A stretch of DNA of 64,000 nucleotides from NCBI GenBank assembly GCA_000004985.1, contig GG738923.1; one strand, given 5' to 3'. This DNA comes from Naegleria gruberi. Taxonomy: Eukaryota. The position numbers were made by a program, and so were the translations under genes. This document shows, in pieces, positions 12,001 to 24,000 of the stretch; position 1 is the stretch's first letter, and each line of letters opens with the position of its first letter. Under the pieces are notes generated by a model, which searched no databases, was not told where the DNA came from, and saw nothing but the letters and a program-made list of their open reading frames with translations.

Positions 12001-15000
12001 NNNNNNNNNNNNNNNNNNNNNNNNNNNNNNNNNNNNNNNNNNNNNNNNNNNNNNNNNNNNNNNNNNNNNNNNNNNNNNNNNNNNNNNNNNNNNNNNNNNN
12101 NNNNNNNNNNNNNNNNNNNNNNNNNNNNNNNNNNNNNNNNNNNNNNNNNNNNNNNNNNNNNNNNNNNNNNNNNNNNNNNNNNNNNNNNNNNNNNNNNNNN
12201 NNNNNNNNNNNNNNNNNNNNNNNNNNNNNNNNNNNNNNNNNNNNNNNNNNNNNNNNNNNNNNNNNNNNNNNNNNNNNNNNNNNNNNNNNNNNNNNNNNNN
12301 NNNNNNNNNNNNNNNNNNNNNNNNNNNNNNNNNNNNNNNNNNNNNNNNNNNNNNNNNNNNNNNNNNNNNNNNNNNNNNNNNNNNNNNNNNNNNNNNNNNN
12401 NNNNNNNNNNNNNNNNNNNNNNNNNNNNNNNNNNNNNNNNNNNNNNNNNNNNNNNNNNNNNNNNNNNNNNNNNNNNNNNNNNNNNNNNNNNNNNNNNNNN
12501 NNNNNNNNNNNNNNNNNNNNNNNNNNNNNNNNNNNNNNNNNNNNNNNNNNNNNNNNNNNNNNNNNNNNNNNNNNNNNNNNNNNNNNNNNNNNNNNNNNNN
12601 NNNNNNNNNNNNNNNNNNNNNNNNNNNNNNNNNNNNNNNNNNNNNNNNNNNNNNNNNNNNNNNNNNNNNNNNNNNNNNNNNNNNNNNNNNNNNNNNNNNN
12701 NNNNNNNNNNNNNNNNNNNNNNNNNNNNNNNNNNNNNNNNNNNNNNNNNNNNNNNNNNNNNNNNNNNNNNNNNNNNNNNNNNNNNNNNNNNNNNNNNNNN
12801 NNNNNNNNNNNNNNNNNNNNNNNNNNNNNNNNNNNNNNNNNNNNNNNNNNNNNNNNNNNNNNNNNNNNNNNNNNNNNNNNNNNNNNNNNNNNNNNNNNNN
12901 NNNNNNNNNNNNNNNNNNNNNNNNNNNNNNNNNNNNNNNNNNNNNNNNNNNNNNNNNNNNNNNNNNNNNNNNNNNNNNNNNNNNNNNNNNNNNNNNNNNN
13001 NNNNNNNNNNNNNNNNNNNNNNNNNNNNNNNNNNNNNNNNNNNNNNNNNNNNNNNNNNNNNNNNNNNNNNNNNNNNNNNNNNNNNNNNNNNNNNNNNNNN
13101 NNNNNNNNNNNNNNNNNNNNNNNNNNNNNNNNNNNNNNNNNNNNNNNNNNNNNNNNNNNNNNNNNNNNNNNNNNNNNNNNNNNNNNNNNNNNNNNNNNNN
13201 NNNNNNNNNNNNNNNNNNNNNNNNNNNNNNNNNNNNNNNNNNNNNNNNNNNNNNNNNNNNNNNNNNNNNNNNNNNNNNNNNNNNNNNNNNNNNNNNNNNN
13301 NNNNNNNNNNNNNNNNNNNNNNNNNNNNNNNNNNNNNNNNNNNNNNNNNNNNNNNNNNNNNNNNNNNNNNNNNNNNNNNNNNNNNNNNNNNNNNNNNNNN
13401 NNNNNNNNNNNNNNNNNNNNNNNNNNNNNNNNNNNNNNNNNNNNNNNNNNNNNNNNNNNNNNNNNNNNNNNNNNNNNNNNNNNNNNNNNNNNNNNNNNNN
13501 NNNNNNNNNNNNNNNNNNNNNNNNNNNNNNNNNNNNNNNNNNNNNNNNNNNNNNNNNNNNNNNNNNNNNNNNNNNNNNNNNNNNNNNNNNNNNNNNNNNN
13601 NNNNNNNNNNNNNNNNNNNNNNNNNNNNNNNNNNNNNNNNNNNNNNNNNNNNNNNNNNNNNNNNNNNNNNNNNNNNNNNNNNNNNNNNNNNNNNNNNNNN
13701 NNNNNNNNNNNNNNNNNNNNNNNNNNNNNNNNNNNNNNNNNNNNNNNNNNNNNNNNNNNNNNNNNNNNNNNNNNNNNNNNNNNNNNNNNNNNNNNNNNNN
13801 NNNNNNNNNNNNNNNNNNNNNNNNNNNNNNNNNNNNNNNNNNNNNNNNNNNNNNNNNNNNNNNNNNNNNNNNNNNNNNNNNNNNNNNNNNNNNNNNNNNN
13901 NNNNNNNNNNNNNNNNNNNNNNNNNNNNNNNNNNNNNNNNNNNNNNNNNNNNNNNNNNNNNNNNNNNNNNNNNNNNNNNNNNNNNNNNNNNNNNNNNNNN
14001 NNNNNNNNNNNNNNNNNNNNNNNNNNNNNNNNNNNNNNNNNNNNNNNNNNNNNNNNNNNNNNNNNNNNNNNNNNNNNNNNNNNNNNNNNNNNNNNNNNNN
14101 NNNNNNNNNNNNNNNNNNNNNNNNNNNNNNNNNNNNNNNNNNNNNNNNNNNNNNNNNNNNNNNNNNNNNNNNNNNNNNNNNNNNNNNNNNNNNNNNNNNN
14201 NNNNNNNNNNNNNNNNNNNNNNNNNNNNNNNNNNNNNNNNNNNNNNNNNNNNNNNNNNNNNNNNNNNNNNNNNNNNNNNNNNNNNNNNNNNNNNNNNNNN
14301 NNNNNNNNNNNNNNNNNNNNNNNNNNNNNNNNNNNNNNNNNNNNNNNNNNNNNNNNNNNNNNNNNNNNNNNNNNNNNNNNNNNNNNNNNNNNNNNNNNNN
14401 NNNNNNNNNNNNNNNNNNNNNNNNNNNNNNNNNNNNNNNNNNNNNNNNNNNNNNNNNNNNNNNNNNNNNNNNNNNNNNNNNNNNNNNNNNNNNNNNNNNN
14501 NNNNNNNNNNNNNNNNNNNNNNNNNNNNNNNNNNNNNNNNNNNNNNNNNNNNNNNNNNNNNNNNNNNNNNNNNNNNNNNNNNNNNNNNNNNNNNNNNNNN
14601 NNNNNNNNNNNNNNNNNNNNNNNNNNNNNNNNNNNNNNNNNNNNNNNNNNNNNNNNNNNNNNNNNNNNNNNNNNNNNNNNNNNNNNNNNNNNNNNNNNNN
14701 NNNNNNNNNNNNNNNNNNNNNNNNNNNNNNNNNNNNNNNNNNNNNNNNNNNNNNNNNNNNNNNNNNNNNNNNNNNNNNNNNNNNNNNNNNNNNNNNNNNN
14801 NNNNNNNNNNNNNNNNNNNNNNNNNNNNNNNNNNNNNNNNNNNNNNNNNNNNNNNNNNNNNNNNNNNNNNNNNNNNNNNNNNNNNNNNNNNNNNNNNNNN
14901 NNNNNNNNNNNNNNNNNNNNNNNNNNNNNNNNNNNNNNNNNNNNNNNNNNNNNNNNNNNNNNNNNNNNNNNNNNNNNNNNNNNNNNNNNNNNNNNNNNNN

Positions 15001-18000
15001 NNNNNNNNNNNNNNNNNNNNNNNNNNNNNNNNNNNNNNNNNNNNNNNNNNNNNNNNNNNNNNNNNNNNNNNNNNNNNNNNNNNNNNNNNNNNNNNNNNNN
15101 NNNNNNNNNNNNNNNNNNNNNNNNNNNNNNNNNNNNNNNNNNNNNNNNNNNNNNNNNNNNNNNNNNNNNNNNNNNNNNNNNNNNNNNNNNNNNNNNNNNN
15201 NNNNNNNNNNNNNNNNNNNNNNNNNNNNNNNNNNNNNNNNNNNNNNNNNNNNNNNNNNNNNNNNNNNNNNNNNNNNNNNNNNNNNNNNNNNNNNNNNNNN
15301 NNNNNNNNNNNNNNNNNNNNNNNNNNNNNNNNNNNNNNNNNNNNNNNNNNNNNNNNNNNNNNNNNNNNNNNNNNNNNNNNNNNNNNNNNNNNNNNNNNNN
15401 NNNNNNNNNNNNNNNNNNNNNNNNNNNNNNNNNNNNNNNNNNNNNNNNNNNNNNNNNNNNNNNNNNNNNNNNNNNNNNNNNNNNNNNNNNNNNNNNNNNN
15501 NNNNNNNNNNNNNNNNNNNNNNNNNNNNNNNNNNNNNNNNNNNNNNNNNNNNNNNNNNNNNNNNNNNNNNNNNNNNNNNNNNNNNNNNNNNNNNNNNNNN
15601 NNNNNNNNNNNNNNNNNNNNNNNNNNNNNNNNNNNNNNNNNNNNNNNNNNNNNNNNNNNNNNNNNNNNNNNNNNNNNNNNNNNNNNNNNNNNNNNNNNNN
15701 NNNNNNNNNNNNNNNNNNNNNNNNNNNNNNNNNNNNNNNNNNNNNNNNNNNNNNNNNNNNNNNNNNNNNNNNNNNNNNNNNNNNNNNNNNNNNNNNNNNN
15801 NNNNNNNNNNNNNNNNNNNNNNNNNNNNNNNNNNNNNNNNNNNNNNNNNNNNNNNNNNNNNNNNNNNNNNNNNNNNNNNNNNNNNNNNNNNNNNNNNNNN
15901 NNNNNNNNNNNNNNNNNNNNNNNNNNNNNNNNNNNNNNNNNNNNNNNNNNNNNNNNNNNNNNNNNNNNNNNNNNNNNNNNNNNNNNNNNNNNNNNNNNNN
16001 NNNNNNNNNNNNNNNNNNNNNNNNNNNNNNNNNNNNNNNNNNNNNNNNNNNNNNNNNNNNNNNNNNNNNNNNNNNNNNNNNNNNNNNNNNNNNNNNNNNN
16101 NNNNNNNNNNNNNNNNNNNNNNNNNNNNNNNNNNNNNNNNNNNNNNNNNNNNNNNNNNNNNNNNNNNNNNNNNNNNNNNNNNNNNNNNNNNNNNNNNNNN
16201 NNNNNNNNNNNNNNNNNNNNNNNNNNNNNNNNNNNNNNNNNNNNNNNNNNNNNNNNNNNNNNNNNNNNNNNNNNNNNNNNNNNNNNNNNNNNNNNNNNNN
16301 NNNNNNNNNNNNNNNNNNNNNNNNNNNNNNNNNNNNNNNNNNNNNNNNNNNNNNNNNNNNNNNNNNNNNNNNNNNNNNNNNNNNNNNNNNNNNNNNNNNN
16401 NNNNNNNNNNNNNNNNNNNNNNNNNNNNNNNNNNNNNNNNNNNNNNNNNNNNNNNNNNNNNNNNNNNNNNNNNNNNNNNNNNNNNNNNNNNNNNNNNNNN
16501 NNNNNNNNNNNNNNNNNNNNNNNNNNNNNNNNNNNNNNNNNNNNNNNNNNNNNNNNNNNNNNNNNNNNNNNNNNNNNNNNNNNNNNNNNNNNNNNNNNNN
16601 NNNNNNNNNNNNNNNNNNNNNNNNNNNNNNNNNNNNNNNNNNNNNNNNNNNNNNNNNNNNNNNNNNNNNNNNNNNNNNNNNNNNNNNNNNNNNNNNNNNN
16701 NNNNNNNNNNNNNNNNNNNNNNNNNNNNNNNNNNNNNNNNNNNNNNNNNNNNNNNNNNNNNNNNNNNNNNNNNNNNNNNNNNNNNNNNNNNNNNNNNNNN
16801 NNNNNNNNNNNNNNNNNNNNNNNNNNNNNNNNNNNNNNNNNNNNNNNNNNNNNNNNNNNNNNNNNNNNNNNNNNNNNNNNNNNNNNNNNNNNNNNNNNNN
16901 NNNNNNNNNNNNNNNNNNNNNNNNNNNNNNNNNNNNNNNNNNNNNNNNNNNNNNNNNNNNNNNNNNNNNNNNNNNNNNNNNNNNNNNNNNNNNNNNNNNN
17001 NNNNNNNNNNNNNNNNNNNNNNNNNNNNNNNNNNNNNNNNNNNNNNNNNNNNNNNNNNNNNNNNNNNNNNNNNNNNNNNNNNNNNNNNNNNNNNNNNNNN
17101 NNNNNNNNNNNNNNNNNNNNNNNNNNNNNNNNNNNNNNNNNNNNNNNNNNNNNNNNNNNNNNNNNNNNNNNNNNNNNNNNNNNNNNNNNNNNNNNNNNNN
17201 NNNNNNNNNNNNNNNNNNNNNNNNNNNNNNNNNNNNNNNNNNNNNNNNNNNNNNNNNNNNNNNNNNNNNNNNNNNNNNNNNNNNNNNNNNNNNNNNNNNN
17301 NNNNNNNNNNNNNNNNNNNNNNNNNNNNNNNNNNNNNNNNNNNNNNNNNNNNNNNNNNNNNNNNNNNNNNNNNNNNNNNNNNNNNNNNNNNNNNNNNNNN
17401 NNNNNNNNNNNNNNNNNNNNNNNNNNNNNNNNNNNNNNNNNNNNNNNNNNNNNNNNNNNNNNNNNNNNNNNNNNNNNNNNNNNNNNNNNNNNNNNNNNNN
17501 NNNNNNNNNNNNNNNNNNNNNNNNNNNNNNNNNNNNNNNNNNNNNNNNNNNNNNNNNNNNNNNNNNNNNNNNNNNNNNNNNNNNNNNNNNNNNNNNNNNN
17601 NNNNNNNNNNNNNNNNNNNNNNNNNNNNNNNNNNNNNNNNNNNNNNNNNNNNNNNNNNNNNNNNNNNNNNNNNNNNNNNNNNNNNNNNNNNNNNNNNNNN
17701 NNNNNNNNNNNNNNNNNNNNNNNNNNNNNNNNNNNNNNNNNNNNNNNNNNNNNNNNNNNNNNNNNNNNNNNNNNNNNNNNNNNNNNNNNNNNNNNNNNNN
17801 NNNNNNNNNNNNNNNNNNNNNNNNNNNNNNNNNNNNNNNNNNNNNNNNNNNNNNNNNNNNNNNNNNNNNNNNNNNNNNNNNNNNNNNNNNNNNNNNNNNN
17901 NNNNNNNNNNNNNNNNNNNNNNNNNNNNNNNNNNNNNNNNNNNNNNNNNNNNNNNNNNNNNNNNNNNNNNNNNNNNNNNNNNNNNNNNNNNNNNNNNNNN

Positions 18001-21000
18001 NNNNNNNNNNNNNNNNNNNNNNNNNNNNNNNNNNNNNNNNNNNNNNNNNNNNNNNNNNNNNNNNNNNNNNNNNNNNNNNNNNNNNNNNNNNNNNNNNNNN
18101 NNNNNNNNNNNNNNNNNNNNNNNNNNNNNNNNNNNNNNNNNNNNNNNNNNNNNNNNNNNNNNNNNNNNNNNNNNNNNNNNNNNNNNNNNNNNNNNNNNNN
18201 NNNNNNNNNNNNNNNNNNNNNNNNNNNNNNNNNNNNNNNNNNNNNNNNNNNNNNNNNNNNNNNNNNNNNNNNNNNNNNNNNNNNNNNNNNNNNNNNNNNN
18301 NNNNNNNNNNNNNNNNNNNNNNNNNNNNNNNNNNNNNNNNNNNNNNNNNNNNNNNNNNNNNNNNNNNNNNNNNNNNNNNNNNNNNNNNNNNNNNNNNNNN
18401 NNNNNNNNNNNNNNNNNNNNNNNNNNNNNNNNNNNNNNNNNNNNNNNNNNNNNNNNNNNNNNNNNNNNNNNNNNNNNNNNNNNNNNNNNNNNNNNNNNNN
18501 NNNNNNNNNNNNNNNNNNNNNNNNNNNNNNNNNNNNNNNNNNNNNNNNNNNNNNNNNNNNNNNNNNNNNNNNNNNNNNNNNNNNNNNNNNNNNNNNNNNN
18601 NNNNNNNNNNNNNNNNNNNNNNNNNNNNNNNNNNNNNNNNNNNNNNNNNNNNNNNNNNNNNNNNNNNNNNNNNNNNNNNNNNNNNNNNNNNNNNNNNNNN
18701 NNNNNNNNNNNNNNNNNNNNNNNNNNNNNNNNNNNNNNNNNNNNNNNNNNNNNNNNNNNNNNNNNNNNNNNNNNNNNNNNNNNNNNNNNNNNNNNNNNNN
18801 NNNNNNNNNNNNNNNNNNNNNNNNNNNNNNNNNNNNNNNNNNNNNNNNNNNNNNNNNNNNNNNNNNNNNNNNNNNNNNNNNNNNNNNNNNNNNNNNNNNN
18901 NNNNNNNNNNNNNNNNNNNNNNNNNNNNNNNNNNNNNNNNNNNNNNNNNNNNNNNNNNNNNNNNNNNNNNNNNNNNNNNNNNNNNNNNNNNNNNNNNNNN
19001 NNNNNNNNNNNNNNNNNNNNNNNNNNNNNNNNNNNNNNNNNNNNNNNNNNNNNNNNNNNNNNNNNNNNNNNNNNNNNNNNNNNNNNNNNNNNNNNNNNNN
19101 NNNNNNNNNNNNNNNNNNNNNNNNNNNNNNNNNNNNNNNNNNNNNNNNNNNNNNNNNNNNNNNNNNNNNNNNNNNNNNNNNNNNNNNNNNNNNNNNNNNN
19201 NNNNNNNNNNNNNNNNNNNNNNNNNNNNNNNNNNNNNNNNNNNNNNNNNNNNNNNNNNNNNNNNNNNNNNNNNNNNNNNNNNNNNNNNNNNNNNNNNNNN
19301 NNNNNNNNNNNNNNNNNNNNNNNNNNNNNNNNNNNNNNNNNNNNNNNNNNNNNNNNNNNNNNNNNNNNNNNNNNNNNNNNNNNNNNNNNNNNNNNNNNNN
19401 NNNNNNNNNNNNNNNNNNNNNNNNNNNNNNNNNNNNNNNNNNNNNNNNNNNNNNNNNNNNNNNNNNNNNNNNNNNNNNNNNNNNNNNNNNNNNNNNNNNN
19501 NNNNNNNNNNNNNNNNNNNNNNNNNNNNNNNNNNNNNNNNNNNNNNNNNNNNNNNNNNNNNNNNNNNNNNNNNNNNNNNNNNNNNNNNNNNNNNNNNNNN
19601 NNNNNNNNNNNNNNNNNNNNNNNNNNNNNNNNNNNNNNNNNNNNNNNNNNNNNNNNNNNNNNNNNNNNNNNNNNNNNNNNNNNNNNNNNNNNNNNNNNNN
19701 NNNNNNNNNNNNNNNNNNNNNNNNNNNNNNNNNNNNNNNNNNNNNNNNNNNNNNNNNNNNNNNNNNNNNNNNNNNNNNNNNNNNNNNNNNNNNNNNNNNN
19801 NNNNNNNNNNNNNNNNNNNNNNNNNNNNNNNNNNNNNNNNNNNNNNNNNNNNNNNNNNNNNNNNNNNNNNNNNNNNNNNNNNNNNNNNNNNNNNNNNNNN
19901 NNNNNNNNNNNNNNNNNNNNNNNNNNNNNNNNNNNNNNNNNNNNNNNNNNNNNNNNNNNNNNNNNNNNNNNNNNNNNNNNNNNNNNNNNNNNNNNNNNNN
20001 NNNNNNNNNNNNNNNNNNNNNNNNNNNNNNNNNNNNNNNNNNNNNNNNNNNNNNNNNNNNNNNNNNNNNNNNNNNNNNNNNNNNNNNNNNNNNNNNNNNN
20101 NNNNNNNNNNNNNNNNNNNNNNNNNNNNNNNNNNNNNNNNNNNNNNNNNNNNNNNNNNNNNNNNNNNNNNNNNNNNNNNNNNNNNNNNNNNNNNNNNNNN
20201 NNNNNNNNNNNNNNNNNNNNNNNNNNNNNNNNNNNNNNNNNNNNNNNNNNNNNNNNNNNNNNNNNNNNNNNNNNNNNNNNNNNNNNNNNNNNNNNNNNNN
20301 NNNNNNNNNNNNNNNNNNNNNNNNNNNNNNNNNNNNNNNNNNNNNNNNNNNNNNNNNNNNNNNNNNNNNNNNNNNNNNNNNNNNNNNNNNNNNNNNNNNN
20401 NNNNNNNNNNNNNNNNNNNNNNNNNNNNNNNNNNNNNNNNNNNNNNNNNNNNNNNNNNNNNNNNNNNNNNNNNNNNNNNNNNNNNNNNNNNNNNNNNNNN
20501 NNNNNNNNNNNNNNNNNNNNNNNNNNNNNNNNNNNNNNNNNNNNNNNNNNNNNNNNNNNNNNNNNNNNNNNNNNNNNNNNNNNNNNNNNNNNNNNNNNNN
20601 NNNNNNNNNNNNNNNNNNNNNNNNNNNNNNNNNNNNNNNNNNNNNNNNNNNNNNNNNNNNNNNNNNNNNNNNNNNNNNNNNNNNNNNNNNNNNNNNNNNN
20701 NNNNNNNNNNNNNNNNNNNNNNNNNNNNNNNNNNNNNNNNNNNNNNNNNNNNNNNNNNNNNNNNNNNNNNNNNNNNNNNNNNNNNNNNNNNNNNNNNNNN
20801 NNNNNNNNNNNNNNNNNNNNNNNNNNNNNNNNNNNNNNNNNNNNNNNNNNNNNNNNNNNNNNNNNNNNNNNNNNNNNNNNNNNNNNNNNNNNNNNNNNNN
20901 NNNNNNNNNNNNNNNNNNNNNNNNNNNNNNNNNNNNNNNNNNNNNNNNNNNNNNNNNNNNNNNNNNNNNNNNNNNNNNNNNNNNNNNNNNNNNNNNNNNN

Positions 21001-24000
21001 NNNNNNNNNNNNNNNNNNNNNNNNNNNNNNNNNNNNNNNNNNNNNNNNNNNNNNNNNNNNNNNNNNNNNNNNNNNNNNNNNNNNNNNNNNNNNNNNNNNN
21101 NNNNNNNNNNNNNNNNNNNNNNNNNNNNNNNNNNNNNNNNNNNNNNNNNNNNNNNNNNNNNNNNNNNNNNNNNNNNNNNNNNNNNNNNNNNNNNNNNNNN
21201 NNNNNNNNNNNNNNNNNNNNNNNNNNNNNNNNNNNNNNNNNNNNNNNNNNNNNNNNNNNNNNNNNNNNNNNNNNNNNNNNNNNNNNNNNNNNNNNNNNNN
21301 NNNNNNNNNNNNNNNNNNNNNNNNNNNNNNNNNNNNNNNNNNNNNNNNNNNNNNNNNNNNNNNNNNNNNNNNNNNNNNNNNNNNNNNNNNNNNNNNNNNN
21401 NNNNNNNNNNNNNNNNNNNNNNNNNNNNNNNNNNNNNNNNNNNNNNNNNNNNNNNNNNNNNNNNNNNNNNNNNNNNNNNNNNNNNNNNNNNNNNNNNNNN
21501 NNNNNNNNNNNNNNNNNNNNNNNNNNNNNNNNNNNNNNNNNNNNNNNNNNNNNNNNNNNNNNNNNNNNNNNNNNNNNNNNNNNNNNNNNNNNNNNNNNNN
21601 NNNNNNNNNNNNNNNNNNNNNNNNNNNNNNNNNNNNNNNNNNNNNNNNNNNNNNNNNNNNNNNNNNNNNNNNNNNNNNNNNNNNNNNNNNNNNNNNNNNN
21701 NNNNNNNNNNNNNNNNNNNNNNNNNNNNNNNNNNNNNNNNNNNNNNNNNNNNNNNNNNNNNNNNNNNNNNNNNNNNNNNNNNNNNNNNNNNNNNNNNNNN
21801 NNNNNNNNNNNNNNNNNNNNNNNNNNNNNNNNNNNNNNNNNNNNNNNNNNNNNNNNNNNNNNNNNNNNNNNNNNNNNNNNNNNNNNNNNNNNNNNNNNNN
21901 NNNNNNNNNNNNNNNNNNNNNNNNNNNNNNNNNNNNNNNNNNNNNNNNNNNNNNNNNNNNNNNNNNNNNNNNNNNNNNNNNNNNNNNNNNNNNNNNNNNN
22001 NNNNNNNNNNNNNNNNNNNNNNNNNNNNNNNNNNNNNNNNNNNNNNNNNNNNNNNNNNNNNNNNNNNNNNNNNNNNNNNNNNNNNNNNNNNNNNNNNNNN
22101 NNNNNNNNNNNNNNNNNNNNNNNNNNNNNNNNNNNNNNNNNNNNNNNNNNNNNNNNNNNNNNNNNNNNNNNNNNNNNNNNNNNNNNNNNNNNNNNNNNNN
22201 NNNNNNNNNNNNNNNNNNNNNNNNNNNNNNNNNNNNNNNNNNNNNNNNNNNNNNNNNNNNNNNNNNNNNNNNNNNNNNNNNNNNNNNNNNNNNNNNNNNN
22301 NNNNNNNNNNNNNNNNNNNNNNNNNNNNNNNNNNNNNNNNNNNNNNNNNNNNNNNNNNNNNNNNNNNNNNNNNNNNNNNNNNNNNNNNNNNNNNNNNNNN
22401 NNNNNNNNNNNNNNNNNNNNNNNNNNNNNNNNNNNNNNNNNNNNNNNNNNNNNNNNNNNNNNNNNNNNNNNNNNNNNNNNNNNNNNNNNNNNNNNNNNNN
22501 NNNNNNNNNNNNNNNNNNNNNNNNNNNNNNNNNNNNNNNNNNNNNNNNNNNNNNNNNNNNNNNNNNNNNNNNNNNNNNNNNNNNNNNNNNNNNNNNNNNN
22601 NNNNNNNNNNNNNNNNNNNNNNNNNNNNNNNNNNNNNNNNNNNNNNNNNNNNNNNNNNNNNNNNNNNNNNNNNNNNNNNNNNNNNNNNNNNNNNNNNNNN
22701 NNNNNNNNNNNNNNNNNNNNNNNNNNNNNNNNNNNNNNNNNNNNNNNNNNNNNNNNNNNNNNNNNNNNNNNNNNNNNNNNNNNNNNNNNNNNNNNNNNNN
22801 NNNNNNNNNNNNNNNNNNNNNNNNNNNNNNNNNNNNNNNNNNNNNNNNNNNNNNNNNNNNNNNNNNNNNNNNNNNNNNNNNNNNNNNNNNNNNNNNNNNN
22901 NNNNNNNNNNNNNNNNNNNNNNNNNNNNNNNNNNNNNNNNNNNNNNNNNNNNNNNNNNNNNNNNNNNNNNNNNNNNNNNNNNNNNNNNNNNNNNNNNNNN
23001 NNNNNNNNNNNNNNNNNNNNNNNNNNNNNNNNNNNNNNNNNNNNNNNNNNNNNNNNNNNNNNNNNNNNNNNNNNNNNNNNNNNNNNNNNNNNNNNNNNNN
23101 NNNNNNNNNNNNNNNNNNNNNNNNNNNNNNNNNNNNNNNNNNNNNNNNNNNNNNNNNNNNNNNNNNNNNNNNNNNNNNNNNNNNNNNNNNNNNNNNNNNN
23201 NNNNNNNNNNNNNNNNNNNNNNNNNNNNNNNNNNNNNNNNNNNNNNNNNNNNNNNNNNNNNNNNNNNNNNNNNNNNNNNNNNNNNNNNNNNNNNNNNNNN
23301 NNNNNNNNNNNNNNNNNNNNNNNNNNNNNNNNNNNNNNNNNNNNNNNNNNNNNNNNNNNNNNNNNNNNNNNNNNNNNNNNNNNNNNNNNNNNNNNNNNNN
23401 NNNNNNNNNNNNNNNNNNNNNNNNNNNNNNNNNNNNNNNNNNNNNNNNNNNNNNNNNNNNNNNNNNNNNNNNNNNNNNNNNNNNNNNNNNNNNNNNNNNN
23501 NNNNNNNNNNNNNNNNNNNNNNNNNNNNNNNNNNNNNNNNNNNNNNNNNNNNNNNNNNNNNNNNNNNNNNNNNNNNNNNNNNNNNNNNNNNNNNNNNNNN
23601 NNNNNNNNNNNNNNNNNNNNNNNNNNNNNNNNNNNNNNNNNNNNNNNNNNNNNNNNNNNNNNNNNNNNNNNNNNNNNNNNNNNNNNNNNNNNNNNNNNNN
23701 NNNNNNNNNNNNNNNNNNNNNNNNNNNNNNNNNNNNNNNNNNNNNNNNNNNNNNNNNNNNNNNNNNNNNNNNNNNNNNNNNNNNNNNNNNNNNNNNNNNN
23801 NNNNNNNNNNNNNNNNNNNNNNNNNNNNNNNNNNNNNNNNNNNNNNNNNNNNNNNNNNNNNNNNNNNNNNNNNNNNNNNNNNNNNNNNNNNNNNNNNNNN
23901 NNNNNNNNNNNNNNNNNNNNNNNNNNNNNNNNNNNNNNNNNNNNNNNNNNNNNNNNNNNNNNNNNNNNNNNNNNNNNNNNNNNNNNNNNNNNNNNNNNNN